A DNA stretch of 64,000 nucleotides from a virus: IMG/VR virus record IMGVR_UViG_3300032285_004186. One strand, written 5' to 3'. A program made the translations under genes and the position numbers. The stretch's first letter is position 1, and every line of letters starts with the position of its first letter. This document shows positions 1-9,466 of the stretch, in pieces. The notes beneath the pieces were generated by a model, which ran no database searches, was not told where the DNA came from, and was given only the letters and a program-made list of their open reading frames with translations.

Positions 1-503
1 AAAAAATCATTAGCTGTTTGTTCCACTAATTGGATAGAAGGTACCAACACTAAAGTTTTAATTTTAGACATTTTGTCAAAAAAACTCTTTATTAAACCAG
101 CCATAATTAAAGTCTTACCACCTGCAGTTGGAATAACTGTTACACCTCTACCTTGTTTTAAGGCTGCGTGTATGCTCCGTTCTTGATAATCTCTGTAAGT
201 TTTGTTTTTAAATGTAGATACACTTGGATTGGCAAATCCTGGATTGAATAATTCTTTTATTTGTAGAGAAATATTATAAGAATAATGATTTAATTCTAAA
301 TAATTTAAAATCTCACCTAAGAGACCTGTATCAAATTTACCCTGTTGAGTGATAGAGTATAATCTAGACGGAGTAAAATGTGAAGAACCCCTTCGATAGG
401 AAGGATTGGATATAGAAAAATTCTCTCTAATCAAAGAGAGAATTTCTTTTTCACTTTCTATCAAAATTTGACGGTTTTTATTAACCAAAGAAAACTGTAT
501 CAT
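1..503 (-). CDS. uvsW: UvsW-like SF2 DNA helicase, N-terminal part (runs off the left edge)
   Basis: Manual translation from ATG at 503, which overlaps the upstream TAA: MIQFSLVNKNRQ...RDYQERSIHAALKQGRGVTVIPTAGGKTLIM...TLVLVPSIQLVEQ (Q motif, Walker A, motif Ia). Adjacent to a uvsY-like gene as in T4-like phages. Not in the ORF track. Confidence 0.85.
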   Translation of the reverse strand, partial: MIQFSLVNKNRQILIESEKEILSLIRENFSISNPSYRRGSSHFTPSRLYSITQQGKFDTGLLGEILNYLELNHYSYNISLQIKELFNPGFANPSVSTFKNKTYRDYQERSIHAALKQGRGVTVIPTAGGKTLIMAGLIKSFFDKMSKIKTLVLVPSIQLVEQTANDF

Positions 504-901
504 TAAGTCGTCTCCAATTTGTTTATTTCTATGATGTTTTTAATATCATAAGTCATAGATCTAAACACGGTTTCTACTTTTTCTAGATATTCTATTAGAA
601 GTTTAGTTTCTTCTATATCTTCATTAAGTTTCATTAAGGCATCTGAATTGTCTATTTTCTTTTCTAAAGATGCCTTAGGGATACCAGGAGGTAATCCTTG
701 TTCTTCTAAAGAAGAAAGAACTGCTATTTTAGCCATTTTTTTCTTTCTTTCTAAATTATTAAGATATCTCTTCTGTTCTATCAATCGAAATACCCATTTA
801 TGTTTAATAGAAGGCAAAGTCAATTGTTTTTGAGAAAGATTTAACTCATCTATTTGAGTGTCTTCTTTGAGTTCTTGACTAAGTTTATCAAAATCTAACA
901 T
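503..901 (-). CDS. uvsY: UvsY-like recombination mediator
   Basis: 132-aa helical protein from ATG 901 (LKEDTQIDELNL...LPSIKHKW...IEYLEKVETVFRSMTYDIKNIIE); typical UvsY pattern, next to uvsW. Confidence 0.7.
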   Translation of the reverse strand: MLDFDKLSQELKEDTQIDELNLSQKQLTLPSIKHKWVFRLIEQKRYLNNLERKKKMAKIAVLSSLEEQGLPPGIPKASLEKKIDNSDALMKLNEDIEETKLLIEYLEKVETVFRSMTYDIKNIIEINKLETT

Positions 902-931
902 AAATATTATTGATTTTATTAATATTCTAGT

Positions 932-1150
932 ATGTCCACAAAATTTCAACAATTATTTTTACAACTTATGGAGGACAACTCTGCAGCACTGGGGGGTGTT
1001 TTTGGACCCAATGATGCTTATGCCTCACCTGAAAATTTAGACACCAAGTTTTCTATGGCCATAACCGGAAAATCTAGTGTTAAAGGTCCGAAAAATAAAA
1101 AAAAGAAAAAATTTCCGTTGATAAGAAGAAATTTGAATAGATCTTTATAA
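932..1150 (+). CDS. Hypothetical protein, possible internal virion protein
   Basis: 72 aa; N-terminus KFQQLFLQLMED, basic C-terminus; TAAATA at 901-906 upstream. Confidence 0.5.
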   Translation: MSTKFQQLFLQLMEDNSAALGGVFGPNDAYASPENLDTKFSMAITGKSSVKGPKNKKKKKFPLIRRNLNRSL

Positions 1151-1578
1151 TGGCCACGGAAGAAAAATATGGTCATTGGATTTTAAATGACGAAATACAA
1201 ATAAATGAAACTACTTTTGGGTTTATTTATGAAATTACTAATATTATAGAAAATAAAATATATATTGGTAAAAAACAGTGTAATTCTAGAGTAAAAAGAA
1301 AACCCTTAAAAGGTAAAAAACGTAATAGAATAAGTTTTAAACAATCTGATTGGAAGACTTATACTAGCTCTTCAGAAAATGTTAATAATGATATAATTCG
1401 TCTGGGCAAAGAAAATTTTACATTTAAAATTATTAAAATTTGTTCTTGTAAATGGGAATTAGCTTACTATGAGGCTAAAATTCAATTTGAACGCAATGTT
1501 TTATTTGACAAAAATTATTACAACGGTATTATTAATCTTAGAATAGGATCTCCTCCTAAAAATCTTACTTTAACATGA
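1150..1578 (+). CDS. Stand-alone GIY-YIG nuclease
   Basis: GFIYEITN...KIYIGKKQ, WKTYTSSS, late Glu (YYEA) and YYNG motifs of the GIY-YIG fold. Confidence 0.8.
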   Translation: MATEEKYGHWILNDEIQINETTFGFIYEITNIIENKIYIGKKQCNSRVKRKPLKGKKRNRISFKQSDWKTYTSSSENVNNDIIRLGKENFTFKIIKICSCKWELAYYEAKIQFERNVLFDKNYYNGIINLRIGSPPKNLTLT

Positions 1579-2045
1579 AAATAAAAGATTCTTTGGTTCT
1601 TTATCTTCCACAAAGAATTATAATTTTTCCGTTACATTTGTATTTAAATGTTTTAATGTCTAGAGTATTAAACAGATTACATGAATGGGATCTTATTAAA
1701 GATAAAAAAATTTCAGGCAAAGAAAAATATTTTAATTTCTTTTTAGAAAAAGAAATATTAGACATTTTATTAGAAATAAAACTAGTATATAAAAATTTAA
1801 ATCTTAAAGTTTTTATTTTTTTAAAAGATAGTAATTTTTCAGAAACAAATTTATTATATATAGATTCAAAGAATCAAATTTTAAAAAAAATAATTTTAAA
1901 ATTTAAAAAAATTTGTGGAAAATATTTTATATACAATCCAAATATTAATTTTAATTTTATACAAACAGAAAAAACTTTTAAAAATCTTAAATGTGGTGAA
2001 CCCACAGGTGAAGAATTGGAATTTTTAATTAAATTAAAAGACTAA
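1575..2045 (+). CDS. Hypothetical protein
   Basis: 156-aa ORF coupled by ATGA overlap; very AT-rich, no motif recognised. Confidence 0.5.
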   Translation: MKIKDSLVLYLPQRIIIFPLHLYLNVLMSRVLNRLHEWDLIKDKKISGKEKYFNFFLEKEILDILLEIKLVYKNLNLKVFIFLKDSNFSETNLLYIDSKNQILKKIILKFKKICGKYFIYNPNINFNFIQTEKTFKNLKCGEPTGEELEFLIKLKD

Positions 2046-2046
2046 C

Positions 2047-2934
2047 ATGTCAGAAAAATATATAGTGTTTCACATAGACGGGGGAGTGGGTAAAAGTGTT
2101 TTAGCAACTGCTGTTTGTTCTTCTATCAAAAAAGCTCATCCGGAAAGAAAGATTATTGTCATAACAGCTTGGCCAGAAGTTTTTTTACACAATCCAGAAA
2201 TTTATAGAGTATACAAAGCCGGAAATTTTGCTTATTTTTATGAAGATTTTATTAAAGACAAAGATTCTTTAATTTTCAGACTAGAACCCTATCACAGTAG
2301 TGATTTTATACACCAGAGTAAGTCTTTGATAGAAATATGGTGTGATTTATTTCAAATTCCTTGTATTTCTTTACAGCCTAAACTTTTTTTAACTCAAAGA
2401 GAAATAATAAATGCTCAGAGTACTTTGAATACTAAGGATCCTATATTAATGATTCACCCATTTGGAGGTGGTGATAATGCTGAAAATTCTTACTCTTGGG
2501 CCAGAGATCTGCCACCAGTCTTGGCTCAGAATTTAGTTAATAAATTGCATAAAAATTTTGGTAAAGTATTACAAATTCGAAGAGATAAACAAATTGTGTT
2601 AGATAATACTGTAGGTGTATCAGATAGCCTGCGTAATATTTTTTGTTATGTACATTTATCTACAAGAGTAATAGCCATAGACTCCATGATTCAACATATA
2701 GCAGCAGCCCTAAACAAGCCAGCTGCAGTCGGTTGGATAGCAAATTCACCTAAAGTATTTGGACATGAATTACATACCAATATTCCACCTAGCCAACGTC
2801 CAGCTTTTAGACATTCTATAGATTCTTACTTAGAAGAACTGGATTGGACCGGAAAGAGACATTACGAATGTCCGTATGATGATATTAATAATATCTTTAA
2901 AGAAGAAGAATTTTTAAAATACTGTGAATTATGA
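2047..2934 (+). CDS. GT-B glycosyltransferase, GT9/heptosyltransferase-like
   Basis: HIDGGVGKSVLATAV...IKKAHPER...PEVFLHNP, HPFGG, and IAIDSMIQHIAAALNKP (GT9 'DS..xHlAaAl.kP' motif). Confidence 0.75.
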   Translation: MSEKYIVFHIDGGVGKSVLATAVCSSIKKAHPERKIIVITAWPEVFLHNPEIYRVYKAGNFAYFYEDFIKDKDSLIFRLEPYHSSDFIHQSKSLIEIWCDLFQIPCISLQPKLFLTQREIINAQSTLNTKDPILMIHPFGGGDNAENSYSWARDLPPVLAQNLVNKLHKNFGKVLQIRRDKQIVLDNTVGVSDSLRNIFCYVHLSTRVIAIDSMIQHIAAALNKPAAVGWIANSPKVFGHELHTNIPPSQRPAFRHSIDSYLEELDWTGKRHYECPYDDINNIFKEEEFLKYCEL

Positions 2935-3209
2935 ATGAAGACAATTTAAAACCAGATTCAGTTGAAACTATTATTAGTATAGGTCGTATTTTCTCAGAAA
3001 AAGATGACATGTGGATGCCGTGTCTTAAAGATGAAGCCTCTCACGACATAGATCCGGTGTGGGTTGCTGCAGTGATGTATCTAGTGTTAGATCGTTATGT
3101 TGGTTGTATACCAGATGAGAAGCAAATAGAATTTTATGAAACTACTTTAAAGATATTTGAAGCCATGAAAGAAAATGGAGCCAAGTTTATTTTAAAGGTC
3201 AATAAATAA
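2931..3209 (+). CDS. Hypothetical protein
   Basis: 92-aa ORF with ATGA overlap. Confidence 0.55.
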   Translation: MNEDNLKPDSVETIISIGRIFSEKDDMWMPCLKDEASHDIDPVWVAAVMYLVLDRYVGCIPDEKQIEFYETTLKIFEAMKENGAKFILKVNK

Positions 3210-3222
3210 CATAAATATCTTC

Positions 3223-3927
3223 ATGGCCGCTTCTTTATTTCTACAAAATCTTATTAATGAACAAATTAATTTGTCAAAAAACAAATTAAAATCTAAATTT
3301 AATCTTACCTTAGAAAGTATTTTATCAGAAGATGAAGTAGTACCCGGAACAATTTCTTCACCACCAAATGCATCTGCTGGTGGACCACCAGCCACACCAC
3401 AAGCAAATCCAGTTACTCCAGAACCGGAAACAGACCTCCCGCCAATTAATGCAGATATAGAAATAAAATTATCTAGATTAGCAGCCTTAGCTCTACTGAC
3501 GGATATACACAGAGTTTTGGATAAACATGAAGAATTAAGATCTGATGAAATTGTATTGTCTAAACTAAAAGATAGTGGAATTTCTGGCAAAGAGGATTGT
3601 TTAAAGGCTTTGCAGAAAATTTTAAAATTTGTTAAATTGGGTGATAATGAAGTGGGCTTTGATATAGATCAAGATTTTGTAAAGAAATTTGATCCTTCTT
3701 CAGAAGATGCTATAACTAATTTAATTCTTAAAGTATTGTTTATATCTAAAGATAAAATTCTTCAAAATAATGATTCTTTGAGAAGTGTGGTTGATGATAT
3801 AGGTTCTTTGCAATCACAAATTAAACCTATAGAAAAATCAGACCCAGTGGCAGCTACAGATCTTGCTAAACAAATAGTTCAAAAAATAAATAATGATATT
3901 CTTCCGTCAGCAGACTTGACTATATAA
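3223..3927 (+). CDS. Hypothetical late protein, candidate internal head protein
   Basis: TAAATA 5 nt upstream; LINEQ and ILSEDE (L-X-E) near the N-terminus, then a Pro-rich linker. Confidence 0.55.
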   Translation: MAASLFLQNLINEQINLSKNKLKSKFNLTLESILSEDEVVPGTISSPPNASAGGPPATPQANPVTPEPETDLPPINADIEIKLSRLAALALLTDIHRVLDKHEELRSDEIVLSKLKDSGISGKEDCLKALQKILKFVKLGDNEVGFDIDQDFVKKFDPSSEDAITNLILKVLFISKDKILQNNDSLRSVVDDIGSLQSQIKPIEKSDPVAATDLAKQIVQKINNDILPSADLTI

Positions 3928-3943
3928 AACATAAGACTAATAT
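3916..3943 (+). promoter_or_regulatory. Putative sigma70-type promoter TTGACT-N16-TAATAT
   Basis: -10 ends 5 nt before ATG 3949; no Shine-Dalgarno. Confidence 0.5.
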
Positions 3944-3948
3944 AGGTT

Positions 3949-4206
3949 ATGTCTGATACAGAATTTACACAAGAAGAAATTCAATTAATTATTGAATCGT
4001 TATTGTATTGTGCTTCTTCTGAAATCAATCATACAAAATATCACGAAGATATAACTAGGGTTATAGAACTTGCTGTGAAATTGCGCCTCAAACATCAGGA
4101 CATTCCGTTAGATAATGTTTATTATTTCGATGGTAAAGTATTTACTTGTCCTTATGTAGATGAAATAAACAAATTCTTTCCGGAAATAAGATATACTGAT
4201 TTATGA
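3949..4206 (+). CDS. Hypothetical protein
   Basis: 85-aa ORF overlapping the next gene by ATGA. Confidence 0.55.
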   Translation: MSDTEFTQEEIQLIIESLLYCASSEINHTKYHEDITRVIELAVKLRLKHQDIPLDNVYYFDGKVFTCPYVDEINKFFPEIRYTDL

Positions 4207-4835
4207 AAATTGCTGTAGTAGGAACTCAATGTATAGGTAAGTCTACTTTTATTAAAGACTTTCTCAAAAAATGGCCGATGTATACCACGCCGGAAAAAAC
4301 TTATAGAGATGCAGTTAAGGAAAAAAATATTTCCATTAATCGTGAAGGTACAGAAGAATCTCAGCAAATTATTTTAGATTTCTTGGTGGATCAAGCTTTG
4401 TCTTGTTCTAAATCTGAAAATGTTATATTTGATAGATGTGTATTAGATAATTTGGCTTATTCTTCTTGGTTGAATTTAAACAATAAGGTTTCTGACAAAT
4501 TTCTAGATCAGTCTAGAATTTTAGTAAGAGAAACTTTAAAGATGTTTGATATTATTTTCTTTCTTCCTATTACCAAGGTATCTCCAGTTGCTATAGTGGA
4601 AGATGGTGTGAGGGATATAGATCCTACTTACAGAGAAGAAATAGATAACATTTTCAAGGTCTTTGTTAAGTCTTATCAATCCGGAGATGGAAGAGTATTT
4701 CCTAAGGGTGATAGCCCTCCAATTATAGAAATATACGGGAGTCCGGAACAGCGCATTGCCTTGACCTCTATGTATATTACTGAAGAAGGCAAACCATACG
4801 GAGAAGAACAAAGTCTCATAACAGACATTTATTAG
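4203..4835 (+). CDS. P-loop nucleotide kinase-like protein (AAA_28/NadR-type)
   Basis: KIAVVGTQCIGKST Walker A, VIFDRCVLD, DIIFFLP, EDGVRD, C-terminal GSPEQR. Confidence 0.75.
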   Translation: MKIAVVGTQCIGKSTFIKDFLKKWPMYTTPEKTYRDAVKEKNISINREGTEESQQIILDFLVDQALSCSKSENVIFDRCVLDNLAYSSWLNLNNKVSDKFLDQSRILVRETLKMFDIIFFLPITKVSPVAIVEDGVRDIDPTYREEIDNIFKVFVKSYQSGDGRVFPKGDSPPIIEIYGSPEQRIALTSMYITEEGKPYGEEQSLITDIY

Positions 4836-4849
4836 AATAAATAAATGAT

Positions 4850-5827
4850 ATGAGTTTATTTGAAGACCTTTATCAACAACAATTAGAAGAAATGGCCCGT
4901 TCTACAGATGTGGCTGATTTTGGCGGCGTGCCAGAAGATTTTCCAAGCAAAGCCATTCCTAATAGAGGCACAGCCAATCGTTTTGGTAGACATCAAAATT
5001 CAGATGTTCAGCCATTCTTTCAAGCAGTTGTACAAGATTTTCTTTCTAGAGAAAATAAAAAAATTACATATGCAGAAGTTTCTACGGCTATTAAAAATAT
5101 TTTGTTAAAAGGTAAAGATCGCGGCGGTATGGGAATGGGACCTACCTTTGCGGATAAATGGACTCAACATTTGTCTGATGTATTGTTTAAATTACTAAAA
5201 AGTGTTAATGCAGCATCTAAAGCACCTAGCAGTAGTCCAGCAGAAGAAGATTCAGAAGACAAATCTCCAATTAATGTAGCTCCGGAAGTTCCAACATCTT
5301 CTGAAAAAGAAATTTCACCGGAAGAATCTGAAAAAGAAGCTGATCAAGATATTTCAGATAATGAAGCAGAAGAAGAGCCAGCAGAAGTTTCTAAACCAGA
5401 ATCTGCTGAAGATGATCTAGAAGCCACAGCCGGATTAGATTTGAATCCAGAAGAGGAAGCTTTATTAGATGTTATTAAAAATCTTGGTGGTAATGAAGTT
5501 ACTAACAAACAAATTATAGCAGATCCATCCACTCCCTTTAAATTAAGAGATGATCCTTCTAAATTAAGGGAGGTACTAGGTAAAATGGCTAGAGAACACG
5601 GAGTTATTAGCCGAGGAGATACTGGATGGAATATTAAAGAAAAAGAATCTTCAGAAAATGGAGCTGTGTTTGATAGAGATGAAGATGGAGAAGATTATGG
5701 GGCCAAAGACACCATATCTCAATATGCTTCAAATTATGGTGAAAGACCTGAATTTGGATCTCAATTTGAAAGTTTTGACATTATGAAAACTTTCGTAGAT
5801 TCTTTTAAATCTAAAAGTCTTGAGTAA
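4850..5827 (+). CDS. Acidic low-complexity late protein, candidate internal head protein
   Basis: TAAATA 6 nt upstream; MSLFEDLYQQQLEEMARS start; long E/S/P-rich linker. Confidence 0.55.
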   Translation: MSLFEDLYQQQLEEMARSTDVADFGGVPEDFPSKAIPNRGTANRFGRHQNSDVQPFFQAVVQDFLSRENKKITYAEVSTAIKNILLKGKDRGGMGMGPTFADKWTQHLSDVLFKLLKSVNAASKAPSSSPAEEDSEDKSPINVAPEVPTSSEKEISPEESEKEADQDISDNEAEEEPAEVSKPESAEDDLEATAGLDLNPEEEALLDVIKNLGGNEVTNKQIIADPSTPFKLRDDPSKLREVLGKMAREHGVISRGDTGWNIKEKESSENGAVFDRDEDGEDYGAKDTISQYASNYGERPEFGSQFESFDIMKTFVDSFKSKSLE

Positions 5828-5848
5828 CCCTTAAATACTAGTTATACT
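5820..5848 (+). promoter_or_regulatory. Putative sigma70-type promoter TTGAGT-N17-TATACT overlapped by inverted repeat TACTAGT-TAT-ACTAGTA (5836-5852)
   Basis: -10 ends 6 nt before the primase ATG at 5855. Confidence 0.55.
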
Positions 5849-5854
5849 AGTAAC

Positions 5855-6814
5855 ATGAGGCAGTTACCTGGAAGTTATGTTTTAAGTAAGTTTTATACAC
5901 TAGCAGGGGAGCCTACTTTTCGTAAATTTGACGGAAATTATAATGCCTCTTGTCCTATTTGTCGTGAAGGTAAGAGCTGGTTGAAGAAAAAAAGACTTTA
6001 TTTTTATCCGTCAACCAGCTCTTTTTATTGTTTTAATTGTAACAAATCTTGGAATGCCCTTAATTGGATAAGAGAATCCTCTAATCTTACGAAGGAAGAA
6101 ATAGAATTAGAGGCATTTAGTGGTAGTTTATCTATTGATATCACAGATCATAATAAACAAGTCAAAAGTATGCGTAAGGAAAAACCTAATCTGCCACACG
6201 ATTCGTTGAATTTAAATGATTTGCAGCAACGCAAGTACTACCAGCCTTCTACTTATTTTCAATTGGCCTTGGAGTATTTGGAAAAGAGAAGATTAAATAC
6301 AGCTATTAATAAATCAGACAATTTTTATATAAGCTTGACAGATCATTTTCATAAAAATCGTCTTTGTATTCCTTATTATGATAGAAATAAACAAGTAGTA
6401 TTTTACCAAACCAGAAGTTTAGATGGTCAAGAACCTCGATATTTGAATAAAATTGGATATGATAAGACTGTTTTTGGTTTGGAAAGAATAAATCATCAAT
6501 TAGATTATATTTTTCTTTTTGAAGGTCCTATGGATGCCATGTTTGTTAAAAACGGAGTTAGTTTGGCGGGGTTATCTTTAACCAATATTCAAGAAAAACA
6601 ACTAGCTGAATTTCCTTTTCATGAAAAAATATGGATTCTAGACAATCCTAAAGCAGATCAGGCAGCTAGGGAAAAGATTTTTACATTAATAAATGCAAAA
6701 CAAAAGGTATTCCGCTGGCCTCTGGATAAACCCTATAAAGATTTCAATGAATGGGCTGTAAAAGAGGAAATAGACGAAATACCTTTAGATTTTATTTTAA
6801 ATTCTTTATATTAA
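5855..6814 (+). CDS. gp61: DNA primase (T4 gp61-like)
   Basis: Zn finger CPIC...CFNC, RLCIPYY, YQTRSL, TOPRIM FEGPMDAMF, ILDN, KDFNE. Confidence 0.9.
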   Translation: MRQLPGSYVLSKFYTLAGEPTFRKFDGNYNASCPICREGKSWLKKKRLYFYPSTSSFYCFNCNKSWNALNWIRESSNLTKEEIELEAFSGSLSIDITDHNKQVKSMRKEKPNLPHDSLNLNDLQQRKYYQPSTYFQLALEYLEKRRLNTAINKSDNFYISLTDHFHKNRLCIPYYDRNKQVVFYQTRSLDGQEPRYLNKIGYDKTVFGLERINHQLDYIFLFEGPMDAMFVKNGVSLAGLSLTNIQEKQLAEFPFHEKIWILDNPKADQAAREKIFTLINAKQKVFRWPLDKPYKDFNEWAVKEEIDEIPLDFILNSLY

Positions 6815-7359
6815 GACATCTTAGTTATGTCTGCATCTCTTTGTTTTTTAGGAGCCAGGTTAATAAATCCGTTTAATATTTCTCTTAATTTAGCCACTTC
6901 ACCAGCAACACGAGTAATACCATCTGAAGTTTTACGAGTAATACCTCTCATTAAAGAACCTGGCCTATCCACTGCGGCTAGAGTTTTAGCCAAAGATTGA
7001 CTTTGGGTGTCATTAATGAATTCTGTAAACTCTTCTAATTTTGCAGCCCATTTACCCATTTCAGAAATAGCATTGGCTGTAATATTAGGATCTACTCCTT
7101 GCGTATCAAAATTGTCTTTAGGTGTTTCATCTTCTAAAGAACCTTGAAAATCTGTTTGATTTTGGTCTGGGGTAAAATCTTCTGGTGCTTTGGGCTCTAT
7201 TCCTTCTTCTGCCTCTTTGACTAAGTGGGTAATAAAACTTCTAACAAAAGGAATGTAAGATTCATCACAACTACAAGATTGTTTGCTGGCTTTTAAGATT
7301 CTAGACACTTCTTTAGAAGATTTAGATTTATTTTTCTTAGTTTTCATTGAATTCTTCAT
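6811..7359 (-). CDS. Hypothetical late protein
   Basis: 182 aa; minus-strand TAAATA at 7377-7372; LVKEAEE site followed by an acidic linker and a helical domain. Confidence 0.55.
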   Translation of the reverse strand: MKNSMKTKKNKSKSSKEVSRILKASKQSCSCDESYIPFVRSFITHLVKEAEEGIEPKAPEDFTPDQNQTDFQGSLEDETPKDNFDTQGVDPNITANAISEMGKWAAKLEEFTEFINDTQSQSLAKTLAAVDRPGSLMRGITRKTSDGITRVAGEVAKLREILNGFINLAPKKQRDADITKMS

Positions 7360-7375
7360 GGATTTATAGTATATT
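7347..7375 (+). promoter_or_regulatory. Putative sigma70-type promoter TTGAAT-N17-TATATT for the queC operon
   Basis: -10 ends 6 nt before ATG 7382; overlaps a minus-strand TAAATA. Confidence 0.55.
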
Positions 7376-7381
7376 TACCTT

Positions 7382-8125
7382 ATGGATAGTGCAAACAACG
7401 ACAAGATTTGTGTAGTTTTATATAGTGGAGGCATGGATAGTACTGTAGTTTTGCATCATGCTTTAGCAAACTATAACAAGGTTTATGCCCTAGCTTTTGA
7501 TTATGGACAGAGGAACATAAGAGAATTGACCGGAGCTGAAAATTACATCACAAATTATATTTTAAAATCTTCTTATGCAGAGAAATTAAAGTATTCTCGT
7601 ATGCCCTTACCGGTAAAATTTTTAAATTTTAATTCTGCATTAACAGATGAGAATATAGAAGTGCCTAAAATGAAAGAGGTTATTGGTGATCCACAAAATG
7701 TAGCGTATGTTCCAAATAGAAATATGATTTTTTTGTCCCTAGCGGTGGGCATGGCGGAAAGTGTCGGCGCGCCTGATGTTTTATATGGAGCAGCCAAGGC
7801 TGACGACACTTCAGGTTTTTGGGATTGTACACCAGATTTTAGAAATTATCTTAACACTATTCTTTCTCTTAATCGTAGAAATCGTATAGAGATTAAAACT
7901 CCTTTAATAGACAAAACAAAAAAAGAAATTATCGAATATGGTTTAGAATTGGGTGTAGAGTTTGGTTGGACAAGAACCTGTTATACAGAACATGAAAATT
8001 CTTGCGGAGAATGTCCAAGTTGTTCGGCTCGAATTGCCGGTTGGTTACATACAGGTAAGATAGACCCATTGAAATATTCTAGAGAAATTGATTGGCAAAA
8101 ATATAATTGTCAATCAATATACTAA
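7382..8125 (+). CDS. queC: QueC-family ATP pyrophosphatase (7-cyano-7-deazaguanine synthase-like)
   Basis: PP-loop YSGGMDS, FDYGQR, YVPNRNMIFLS, TPL..KTK, Zn site TCY...CGECPSC. Confidence 0.9.
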   Translation: MDSANNDKICVVLYSGGMDSTVVLHHALANYNKVYALAFDYGQRNIRELTGAENYITNYILKSSYAEKLKYSRMPLPVKFLNFNSALTDENIEVPKMKEVIGDPQNVAYVPNRNMIFLSLAVGMAESVGAPDVLYGAAKADDTSGFWDCTPDFRNYLNTILSLNRRNRIEIKTPLIDKTKKEIIEYGLELGVEFGWTRTCYTEHENSCGECPSCSARIAGWLHTGKIDPLKYSREIDWQKYNCQSIY

Positions 8126-8128
8126 TAT

Positions 8129-8761
8129 ATGTGTGGCATAGCAGCAGCTCCAACGTTTGAAAAGGCTTTTAATTTATACAGATTAAATTTACATCGAGGC
8201 AGTTATTCTTCTGGCTTAATGTCTGTAGATACTAAGACAGGTGCTTATTTTATATATAAACAACAAAAAGCATTTGAAGAAATAGAATCTTTGCTTTGGA
8301 AGATAGAACAAAGTAGAAATAATTTTGATTACTTTCTTTTTCATTCAAGAGCCCCCACCAACAGCACAGAAACACTATGGACTGCAGAAACTACTCATCC
8401 TTTTGCATATGATAATTGTCATGTAGCCCACAATGGTATTATTACAAATTTTCAAGAACTTAATAAAGATTTGAATTTTAATGTAGACACACAAATAATA
8501 CCATACAATCTAATAAAGACATACAATATACAAGAAACATATTCCAACTTGCAAGGATTGCTTACTAGTTGGATAGTTTGGGGTAAAGATGTACATGTAA
8601 TTAAAGCTGGTAGCTCTTTATGGATGGACAAAGATTCTTTTTCTTCTTCAAAATTTGAAGGTGCTCACTACATAGAGGAAGACGGTGTAATATTTAATTA
8701 TATTAATAATAAATTTGAAAAAAGTGGAACATTTCCTTATACAAGTACATATTTTATATGA
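8129..8761 (+). CDS. Class II (Ntn) glutamine amidotransferase
   Basis: N-terminal MCGI nucleophile, HRG..SSG, HSRAPT, HPF, AHNGII, VDT. Confidence 0.85.
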   Translation: MCGIAAAPTFEKAFNLYRLNLHRGSYSSGLMSVDTKTGAYFIYKQQKAFEEIESLLWKIEQSRNNFDYFLFHSRAPTNSTETLWTAETTHPFAYDNCHVAHNGIITNFQELNKDLNFNVDTQIIPYNLIKTYNIQETYSNLQGLLTSWIVWGKDVHVIKAGSSLWMDKDSFSSSKFEGAHYIEEDGVIFNYINNKFEKSGTFPYTSTYFI

Positions 8762-9444
8762 AAAAAATAACAGCAGTAATTGCCACACAGGCAAAATCTA
8801 TTCAAGAATTTGAAAAACGACCCATTTTTAAATCTTTACAACGACATCATGATTCTAAAGATTTATTTTCAGCTGGTAAATTTGATTTTGTCTTAGTTAA
8901 AGACAATAAAGAGGGGTTGCCTAAAGTGTATAATAAATTTTTGCAAGATTCTAAATATCAAAAAGACATTCTTTTATTTGTTCATGATGACGTTGAATTA
9001 GAAGATTTGTTTTTGATAGAAAAATTGCAAAATTCACCCTACGAGGTTACCGGTTTGGCTGGTACTAAAAAAGCAAATTTAAATAAACCACCCGGCTGGC
9101 ATTTAATGAGCACAAAAGAAGACTGGGTAGGTGAAGTAGCCCATGCTGATTCCTCTGGAGTTTGGACGACAGTTTTTGGTCCAACTAATTCCAGGGCTTT
9201 ATTAATAGACGGACTTTTTATAGCAGTAGATGTTAAAGCTATAAATGAAAAAAATGTTTCATTTAATGAAAAATTTGAATTTCATCATTATGATTTATCT
9301 TTTTGTTTAGATTGTAACAAAGCCAAGGTAAAAATAGGAGTTTTGCCTATTAGAGTCATACATCACGGTTTGGGCGACAGTATGCTTTCAGAAGAATGGA
9401 AAGTTAGTGCTGAAATCTTTAAACAAACCTACGGTACAAATTAA
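8758..9444 (+). CDS. GT-A glycosyltransferase (GT2-like, Glyco_tranf_2_5-type)
   Basis: GLPKVYN, LLFVHDDV (DxD-type), GLAG, IDGLFIAV, FNEKFEFHHYDLSFC. Confidence 0.8.
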   Translation: MKKITAVIATQAKSIQEFEKRPIFKSLQRHHDSKDLFSAGKFDFVLVKDNKEGLPKVYNKFLQDSKYQKDILLFVHDDVELEDLFLIEKLQNSPYEVTGLAGTKKANLNKPPGWHLMSTKEDWVGEVAHADSSGVWTTVFGPTNSRALLIDGLFIAVDVKAINEKNVSFNEKFEFHHYDLSFCLDCNKAKVKIGVLPIRVIHHGLGDSMLSEEWKVSAEIFKQTYGTN

Positions 9445-9466
9445 AAATTACATTTACAATAAACAC

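Noticed and set aside
1150-1578. Intron-encoded homing endonuclease
   Set aside because: It interrupts no gene, is coupled to both neighbours and lacks a C-terminal DNA-binding domain.
2047-2934. GT9-like gene, QueC, GroES and Dps-like gene as evidence of bacterial chromosome or prophage flank
   Set aside because: They are interleaved with T4-like core genes and share the phage's composition and promoter motifs; no integrase or host operon is seen.
7382-8761. QatABCD or type IV CBASS defence system
   Set aside because: No QatA-type ATPase, TatD nuclease, CD-NTase or TGT-like gene is adjacent, and the context is a lytic phage replication region.
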